Shown here: positions 56,175 through 64,000 of the stretch, piece after piece
How the letters are laid out: every line of letters starts with the position of its first letter
Position numbering within the stretch: position 1 is the first letter of the stretch
Assembly: GCA_907165135.1 (NCBI GenBank)
Contig: OU015567.1
Span: 13,826,001 to 13,890,000 of the forward strand
From: Oikopleura dioica
Lineage: Eukaryota; Animalia; Chordata
Length of the DNA stretch: 64,000 nucleotides
Reading direction: 5' to 3'
The notes under the pieces: generated by a model
The model's input: the letters and a program-made list of their open reading frames with translations, nothing else
Told to the model about the DNA's origin: nothing
The model's database searches: none
Made by a program: the position numbers and the translations under genes

Positions 56175-59100
56175 ATGACGAGCCTCATTAAGAAATCGAT
56201 TTTGAAGTTTCTCACTCAATTTACGACCAACTTGACCCCGGATGACATTCAGCTCTCCTCGCTCAAGGGAGAGGCTGAGGTCAGGAATCTTGAATTGTCG
56301 ACTTCCGCGCTGCAAAATCTTCTCAACATTCCCACATGGCTAAAAGTAAAGCAACAGCAAATCTTTCCAAAAAGTCATTCTTTTAGGTCAACCATGCGAA
56401 AGTGAACCACGTTGGGTTGAAAATCCATCTGATGTCGATTCAAACCAAACCGATCAAAATCACCTTCGATCACGTGACTCTAGAAGTCGAAGCGATCCAA
56501 AGTCCCAGAGCTCCTAATGGACCCTCCCCTCTCCAAGATAATAGGTAATTACAGTTGCTTATTCTTATAAAATGTCTATTATTTCCAGCTCGGGGACGAA
56601 CAGCTACGGCATGACGGAAAGTATCATCGAAGGCATACGGGTGGAGATTAATGCTGTCTCTGTGACGTTCAAGTCTGTGGCTTTTACTGCAAATGTCTCG
56701 ATTCAGCAAGTTTTGGTGTTTTCTGCGAAAGGAGATTGGACCTTCTCGCAAGATTTGCGAGAAACTCGCGCTAAGGAACGAATTTTAAAAAGTACACTGA
56801 TTTTTTCTTGAAAATTAGGACATTGAAATCCCCAAAATAAGACGGATAAAGAAGTTATTTCCAGGAAGAAAATTCAATGGGCGAGTTTCCGCTTAGAAGC
56901 GACCTGGCCCGACGCAGCTCCGGTGAAACTGATCACGAACCAAGGAGAAGTGCGAATTCGACTGCGAAGAAGAATAGCAGATTGCGTCGTCATTGCGAAC
57001 AAACTAGAAGTGCTCCTGGATGATCTTCTCTGGATTCTTTCCGATCGACAAATTCAAGCGGCACTTCTGTGCGTGAAATCTCTCAGTGACGCGATTGAAG
57101 CTTCCAGGAGGCAAATGATGAAGCTGCAGAGGTCGAATTCGGACATGTCTTTGGCCTCATCCGATACGGCTAGTTCCACTACATCGCCGGAGAATCATTT
57201 GCAAGAGTCCTCGCAACACTTTTCGATTAACAAATTGGACTTGCATATTTGTGAAGGTTTTATTCCCTTTTTCACATTATTCCACAATATCTTTCAGAGT
57301 CAGCCGATGCTTCTTCAGTACAACTCTCGCTCTACGACCTCGCGGTTGATCTTTACCCCGGCCGTAAAGCAGCGAAGTCGCGGAAAGAATTCATTCCCTA
57401 CACTTCGGCAATGATGGCCCGTGACAAATGGGTTGAGCCAATTCTCAATGTCTTCAGAGATGAATTCAAGCTTTTGCGAGAAAAGTCAAAGCCGGTAGAA
57501 AGAGTGACGAAGCTGAAAGAAAATGTCATTGTTTTGAGGCTCAGAAATGTTGATCTCTACCAGGTAGGAAGTCGAAACAAGCATTCATTCATCAATTTAT
57601 ATCTTGCTAGATAAACCAAGTGAGTGCGAATGATTTGAGTAAGATTTTCGTCAGTTATCTCTTTTTTCAATTATCAGTCAATTCTGTTTTGCATGACTCT
57701 TTGTCGATTTTTTCTCGTTGGTTAAAAATCTCTTTTTAGGTTTCAAGCCCAACAAGACACAATAGCGAAGGAAAGAAATTGTTTTCTTTTGGAGGAAAGA
57801 AACTGAATCTCCCATCAGAAATCCCACTCTTTCATTATGAAGCTACAGAGTATTACACGCCAGATGGAAGCGATTATGTCCTGCCGCACAACAATCAGTA
57901 CATACAGGTTCACAAAGAGTACAGTACGTCAAGAGAAAGACAATCGTTTTAGGTGAATGCGCCAGTGATAGATTTCGACGAAGAAACTATCATCTGGATG
58001 TCGAAGATTCTGACGAATGCTTCAAAATGCATCAACGAAGCTCTAGTTGAGCTTGGGCTCGACGAAGAGAAAGACCAAAGTGCTGTTGATCATGTGGATA
58101 TGCTCGTAGATGTTATTTTGCCGTCGATAAATTTTGGAGATCTACATTTGGAAGCGAGCTCGATATCGCTGACGAATAGGCTTTTGCAGAAGGAATGGTT
58201 GAGAGAGCTTTTTTACGAAAATAATTTATTCATAGAAAAAAAATATTCTACAAGTAGACTCGTTGAAGATCGTTGACATTAACGGCGGCTTGGCATCGTG
58301 GACACTGTCCTCGGCGCAATATTTCTCTTCTTTATTGGAATATTCCTAGTTTTATGTATTATATGTAAAAATTGAATATCCTGGCTTATGCAAGTGTTTC
58401 CAAAGACATGCCCACAACGCGGAAGCACCATGTAATGATTTTGATTGTTATATTCTTCGTAACAAATCGTGCATTCTAGCGGCTCCGGGGCATGATTTAT
58501 CTGTCCTGGCAATGGGGGCCTAATTTGAGGGAATTCTTCAACAGGGTCTACAACTGGAGCCGGTTCAACAGGAGCCGGTTCAACTGGAGCGGGGTGAATT
58601 TCATTTTCTCCATCGACCCAGAAATCGTTCAGGTTGTTTCCAATTTGCTACAATGTGCAATAAAATAGTTCTATGCTCAGCGTACAAACTCACTTCTTGA
58701 TCATCAAACTGGTGTAAAAGTATCATGAGCGCTGCAGAGACAGAAAAGGCGTAGAGAAGAAAGCCCATAAATCCCCAAAACCCGGTTTCCGATGGAAAGG
58801 TATTTACAGCAGCGGCAGTTATCACGATTCTTTTATCCAAGTTTGATCATCGTGACCCTTATTTTTTGTTAAAAAAATAGCTTCAAACTTTCATGAAAAA
58901 GTAGCAAGCGCAGGCAGAAGCTGAGACAATAAACAGGGACCATTTTGTCTGACCAACACATCTACATTTATCCTCATTTTCTGCGAAACAATCTGTTTTC
59001 ACATAGAGAAGCCAAAAGATATTCCAGGGGACATTCAGTACCAATAACAACAGTGCGAGCTCTCTTATCATCTGTCTAACTTGACATATCGAAAAAATGA

Positions 59101-61117
59101 ATAGTTTTTATTTCTATGGAAGCAAAGCCCTTCAAATGGGTACCGCAACTTTTTCAATGTTCAAATATTGATCGAAAAGTACTAACAGATACTTACAGGT
59201 GTCACTAACAACGGAAATTAAACACAAAGCGACCCTCTCAACCAAAATCTCAGCATATTTGCCTCTTATCTAACCTGGTCGATATCTACCAATTCATCGA
59301 CAAGTCGCCCTTCCAAATCCACTCGTCTAAACTTGCCCCCTTCATCGCTGCCACAAAATCGCAATCACCAACTCTCGAAAAGTACTTGGCGCAAACGGCG
59401 AAACCCCGATTTTGTCGCGCCGCCGTGATTGCAAAAGCTCAAGATGATCTATTCACGGTTCATGTATCAGATGTCTTTATCGAGATTGGAAAAACAAAGC
59501 CAAAGAAACTTATTCTACCCATTTCTGTTGATGTTTACGCTCAGTTAGAAAAACAGATCATTGTCCATGTTCCAGATGTTTTCACTTCCGTCAATCATGA
59601 TGGTAAAAATTTCTTAGTCTTTCAATATTCAATCGTTTAATAGACTTTATAACTATTCTTCAATTTCTCGACCAACTGACTGAAATGTCGAAAAAGATGC
59701 TCCCTGAAGCTCCAGAAGATGAAGCAGTCAACAAAACACCCTCGCCAAATATCGACGTCCTCGTCAAATCCGCCGAGCTTGACCTCGAGCTCGTGCCGTT
59801 TTCTTCAAAACTCTCCGACCCTCCACCTGAGCCTGCTCTCAAAGGCATGCCAAAGGTAAAAAATCATTTTTTATTCATAGATTCTTAGTGAATTAAGCAA
59901 ACCCCCTTCCAACTCCCGAAATCCCTGTTGCAAGTAAAACTGGTTCCGATCCTCGTCAAAATTCTGCCCGACGGGGAGATGACAATTTCTTCAAAAGTGC
60001 ACCTTCTCAACAAAAGCTATTTATCCAAGACGAAAGAGAAATTCTCTAGCTACCTTCTCAACGGCGCTCGAGTTTCGTCCGTCGCCAATCAGCCCACACT
60101 AGAAGTACAGATCAAAGACGATGATATTTTCGTAAAAATTCAAAATACGAAGATTGAAATTTTAAGGTTGTTTTCTTCCTTGATTTCAGCATTTCTTAAC
60201 TCTATTTTAGCTCAATCGTATCAGACCTAGGCCCATTCGCCGAATCGCCAATTCCTCCTTCCATAGACGGACCTACCATTCACATCGCCCTTGAAAACGT
60301 CGGCTTGATTCTTCTCCCCGACGTCCCTCCATTTTATGAGAAAACAGTTGTGACAGATCTTCAAGTCGGAATCGAGCAACTTTCAATTGCCAAGCTTCCT
60401 AATGGATCTCTCAGCATCGGAAAGCTCGTTACATGTCCCGATGTTCCTGGACTTTCAGCAGGTCCTCTGTCGATACAGGAAAAAACGGAGAAAGCTCCGA
60501 AACCACCACCTAGAAATCGTTCTCTTCATGTGCAAACAAAATCGGTCGAGACGCAAACTGACCCTACTACTCCTCGTTCTCTTTCGCCAGAACAAATTGA
60601 ATACAACGATGGGATTATTGGAGATCTCCAGGTTATTATTTGATCCAAACAGGGGTTGAGTTTTCTTTAGGATCGCAATTTGGCTCTAATGCGTGAAAGA
60701 GAAGCCCTAAGAGAAACACTGGAGCAAATGCAAGATGCGATGATTGAATCCGAACAGCGAAGGTAACAAAATGTTTTATTAAAGTAGAAGATCAGCGATT
60801 TCTCTTCGAGCACAAATGGGATAAGTTTCATTTTATGCAATCATCTTCGCGACAGCGAATTAGAAATTTTTGTTGCATTTTAATTTTTTTGTGCAGAAAT
60901 GGAAAATTCTAAGCATTTATATTGCTGAACAGCCTGTTCACAACAGGTGTCCTTTTCATACAGGCCATATGTTTTTTATCTATCCCTTCTATCTGCTCGA
61001 TTCTACCTCGTGCCTTATCAAGTAAAAATCTCAACCCCGTATTCTAGTGAAGCGTACAGAAGTCAATTTATCGCGATGAAGCAGCTCCTGGAGCATCAGA
61101 AAAACGGTCTAAAATGA
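56175..61117 (+). CDS. BLTP3: Bridge-like lipid transfer protein 3 (UHRF1BP1/UHRF1BP1L)
   Basis: Chorein_N start MTSLIKKSILKFLTQFTTNLTPDDIQLSSLKGE...PTWL; PRAPNGPSP; KLITNQ...LDDLLWILSD; C-terminal coiled coil. Confidence 0.92.
58248..59071 (-). CDS. Membrane-anchored RING-finger protein nested antisense in a BLTP3 intron
   Basis: N-terminal hydrophobic segments; PAPVE repeats; CTIC...CGHVFGNTC...CPRC; AATAAA after the stop. Confidence 0.7.
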
Positions 61118-61656
61118 AGTTCCTGTATTTCAATTTTCTATAACTAAAACTGAAGTTCGTTCATATAAAAACGCACCAAACACACCCTTGTTCTTCATTG
61201 CTTTAATTTCTATATTTATTATTATCTGCGCTTGTTTTCCATGACACTCATGTACCTTTTCCTTCTGATTAATGAAAAAAAAACTGAAACTGAGTTGCTG
61301 CAATAATGTTTATTACTGTGATTTTTATATAATTCCTTTTTTCTCTCTTTCCTTGACCTAAAATGATAAGCTGATTTATTTGAAAAATCACCGTGTTGTC
61401 TTGTTTAAAAGTTTGTAAAGTCCTCTCAAAAGTTTATTTATTTTTATAATTTCCCGAACATTTCAGCAAAAAAGAAGTATCAATGCAAAAAATCCATGAT
61501 TTTAAAAATTAGGGACCCCCTTTTTAATTATTCTTTTGGTAAAATTCTTCGAAGGAAAACTTAAAAAGGTGCCCATTTTAAATATTTATTAATTAACCAT
61601 TAAAATATATATAAATTCGATTCTAATATATATTCTCAATTTCAGCTCGTTCTCAA

Positions 61657-61742
61657 CCGTCGATAGCTCAGTTGGCAGAGCGGGAGACTGTAGAGGGTTA
61701 GCAGTTATCTCTAGGTCACTGGTTCGAATCCGGTTCGACGGA
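61657..61742 (+). tRNA. tRNA-Tyr (GTA) with a 13-nt intron (61694-61706)
   Basis: CCGTCGA/TCGACGG acceptor stem, A box, CTGTAG anticodon loop, GGTTCGAATCC B box, T5 terminator. Confidence 0.96.
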
Positions 61743-61763
61743 AACTTTTTCGCCGCTGTTTTT

Positions 61764-62843
61764 ATGGAGCCGCGCATGTCAAGTCTTGGTTCGAGCATTC
61801 CAAGGCCGAATTTGAGCCATTGCAGTTCGCCGAGGTTTTTTACCGATGGAGATGAATCGGATAACACACCAAATCGTAAAGCAGATACTAGGTAAGCCCT
61901 GAAAAGCCAAAGAATCGAGTAAATCGGGCGATTTCAGCTTGGGCGCTACAGCAAAACGCTTCGTTACTCTACTAACATCATCAAATGACCAAACAATCGA
62001 ACTCAATGAAGCTGCAAGACGCCTTCAAGCTCCAAAAAGACGAATTTATGATGTAACGAACGTCTTGGAAGGTTTTTCAAGCACTTTTTCATTTTTGTAA
62101 AACCCGCTTCAGGTATTGGACTGGTCGCGAAAAAGACAAAAAATCACTTCCAATGGGTCGGTGGAGATGTAGATACTGAAAACAGCGTTGAAAACGACGA
62201 GCAAGAAATCGCAAATTTGAGAAAACGAGACGCAGAGCTAACCCAAGCAATTGAACAACAAGAGATTCAGGTATCTCCTTGTTGTCTCCCGAAATATATA
62301 TTTTTCTTTCAAGCTTCGATCACTGACGGAGTGCAACGACGAATTAGGATACGTCACTTGCGATGATTTACGGTCGATATTCCGAAATCACCTCGTTCTT
62401 TGCTTGAAAGCACCGCCAGATACGAAGGTAGAAGTTCCAGAGCCATCAGCAGGGACGGAGTTTCCTTATGAAATGCGACTCAAATCTACGAAGGGAGTGA
62501 TTGATTGTTACTTGTGCCCAGAAGATATTCAAGGCGCGAGTATGAGTGCATCAGCGCTTGAAAATAGGTAACGAGGAATTCCCGTCTTTCTTGTTCTATT
62601 TCAAAATTTTAGTAAACGAGATACGACTCTGACGACAGAAGACGAGGAATCAGAAGTCGCCGACAACGCAAACAGTTCGCACAACGATTCGAATGGAAGC
62701 ACCAGTCGGTTTCTTCCATTTTCGCCTCTCTCAGAAGCAGGTCCGTTTTTCCTCCTTTTTCTTAAGATTCAGCTCATTTTGTAGACTACCTGTTCACATT
62801 GGACGAGAACGAAGGCCTTCAGAATCTCTTCGACATTCAATAG
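61764..62843 (+). CDS. E2F: E2F transcription factor with an Rb-binding motif
   Basis: SLGATAKRF; LNEAARRLQAPKRRIYDVTNVLEGIGL..KNHFQW; marked box LKAPPDT; pocket-protein motif DYLFTLDENEGLQNLFD. Confidence 0.95.
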
Positions 62844-62973
62844 TTTCAATCTTGTCTCAACTGCCCAAAGTCATCCAAATTCAAAGATATTCTGTACAAA
62901 ACTTTCAACTGACCAATCAATTCGCGACCAGATCCTGTCAGAAACAAGTCCTTGATAACCTTTGCCTTCAGAA

Positions 62974-63464
62974 ATGGAAGTCAACTGGGAACCGGAATCG
63001 GAGCCTTCCTTCGATCTTTATTGGAGGCATTTTGATATTTCCTCGGAGGACAAGCTGTTTTGGATTTTACCTGGATTCCATCTCTTTCACTTCTGTATGA
63101 TTGATTTTACTTTGTTGTACTTGATGCTCTTTTAGTGCTGTTATTTCTTTGCTGGAACCACGAGATGTCTCAAATCTTTAACTTCGCCCTTCTTGGAAGC
63201 TTCCTCCTCGGCGCGGAAAAGATCAACGAATTCATGGCTAGTCAAACCTGGCTTTCAAAGACAAACTATTTCGACTCTTCTGGAATGTTTTTTACCTTCG
63301 CCATTTCCTTCCCCGTCATAACTCATTTGCTCATTCTTGTGATTCTATGGGTGAAAAGAACGGCCGATCAATTGGTCAAGGTGAAACGACAAGAGGTCAG
63401 AATGAAGTTGAAGAAATCGCGCGAAGGAGAAGTCAAGGAAGACGAGCCAAAGAAAGACAAATGA
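62974..63464 (+). CDS. TMEM18: Transmembrane protein 18
   Basis: AEKINE...W..YFDSSGMF motif and basic C-terminal tail. Confidence 0.85.
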
Positions 63465-63603
63465 GATCAACGATTTCTTAGACACAATTATCATTTTCTG
63501 TGCAATTTTAGTAACCCCTCTCTCTGCCTTTACTATGTTAGTAACACTTATCTGTATATCAAAATCATACCTACAATCTATCATTTATCTTTTCTCCTTC
63601 AAG

Positions 63604-63864
63604 ATGCTACGCAGTGCAATAAGAAATCGGATCGCCACTAGATCTTCTGTGGTGCTATTTGGAGACCCATCGAAATCATTCAAAATAATCGACCAGGAAG
63701 GAAAATCGAATGAACACAACTGGGGTGAAGATGCTTTCAGTCTTTTTGACCTGTCCGACTTTGATAAGAAGAAGACAATGATCGCTACACCTCTTGGAAT
63801 CACGGGACTATCGTTGATGGGATTGGGAGGATATGATCTTGGGATAGGTCCGTTATTTCATTGA
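63604..63864 (+). CDS. Small protein with a mitochondrial presequence-like N-terminus
   Basis: MLRSAIRNRIATRSS; hydrophobic C-terminal stretch; ATG directly after a pyrimidine-rich AG. Confidence 0.5.
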   Translation: MLRSAIRNRIATRSSVVLFGDPSKSFKIIDQEGKSNEHNWGEDAFSLFDLSDFDKKKTMIATPLGITGLSLMGLGGYDLGIGPLFH

Positions 63865-64000
63865 AAATCATTGTTTCTTTCAAATTTCGACCTTTTCAAA
63901 GAACAAATCTGCTTGAGCTCAATAATACTTACGGCTCCTTTGCGATCGGATACTTGGGATTTTACCTGACGCACATGGCTGTTACAAACAACTTTGCTGG

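Noticed and set aside
55787-56215. 142-aa minus-strand ORF upstream of BLTP3
   Set aside because: Non-ATG start, AT-rich low-complexity composition, overlaps the BLTP3 start, no motif.

Overview
Compact, gene-dense animal genomic DNA with very short introns (mostly ~40-55 nt), frequent non-canonical GA-AG/GC-AG introns and operon-like spacing. These traits best fit the larvacean tunicate Oikopleura dioica (inference). The window holds about 25 protein-coding genes: ABHD14-like, a TRPM-like channel with giant extracellular loops, alpha-tubulin, DNAI4/WDR78, two carbohydrate sulfotransferases, a Cys-loop receptor, a Sox factor, SLC43, an RRM protein, a C-type lectin/Kelch protein, PHAF1, TFDP, BLTP3 with a nested antisense RING gene, E2F and TMEM18. 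It also holds tRNA-Ile(AAT), an intron-containing tRNA-Tyr(GTA), and DNA-transposon insertions from about five superfamilies, each with readable TIRs and TSDs. The most notable structure is a 6,073-bp hAT transposon inserted in a coding exon of the Cys-loop receptor. Besides its transposase it carries a second spliced gene (zinc-finger-like N-terminus, RING-like C-terminus), a 15-copy 30-bp CCAAT-box array just upstream of that gene, and a 21-bp repeat spread through its introns and 3' region. Other notable items are two 323-bp Mutator-like MITEs that are flip/flop isomers, a MITE inserted in a PAPS-binding motif, and close linkage of E2F and DP. Exon boundaries were read by eye and are approximate.
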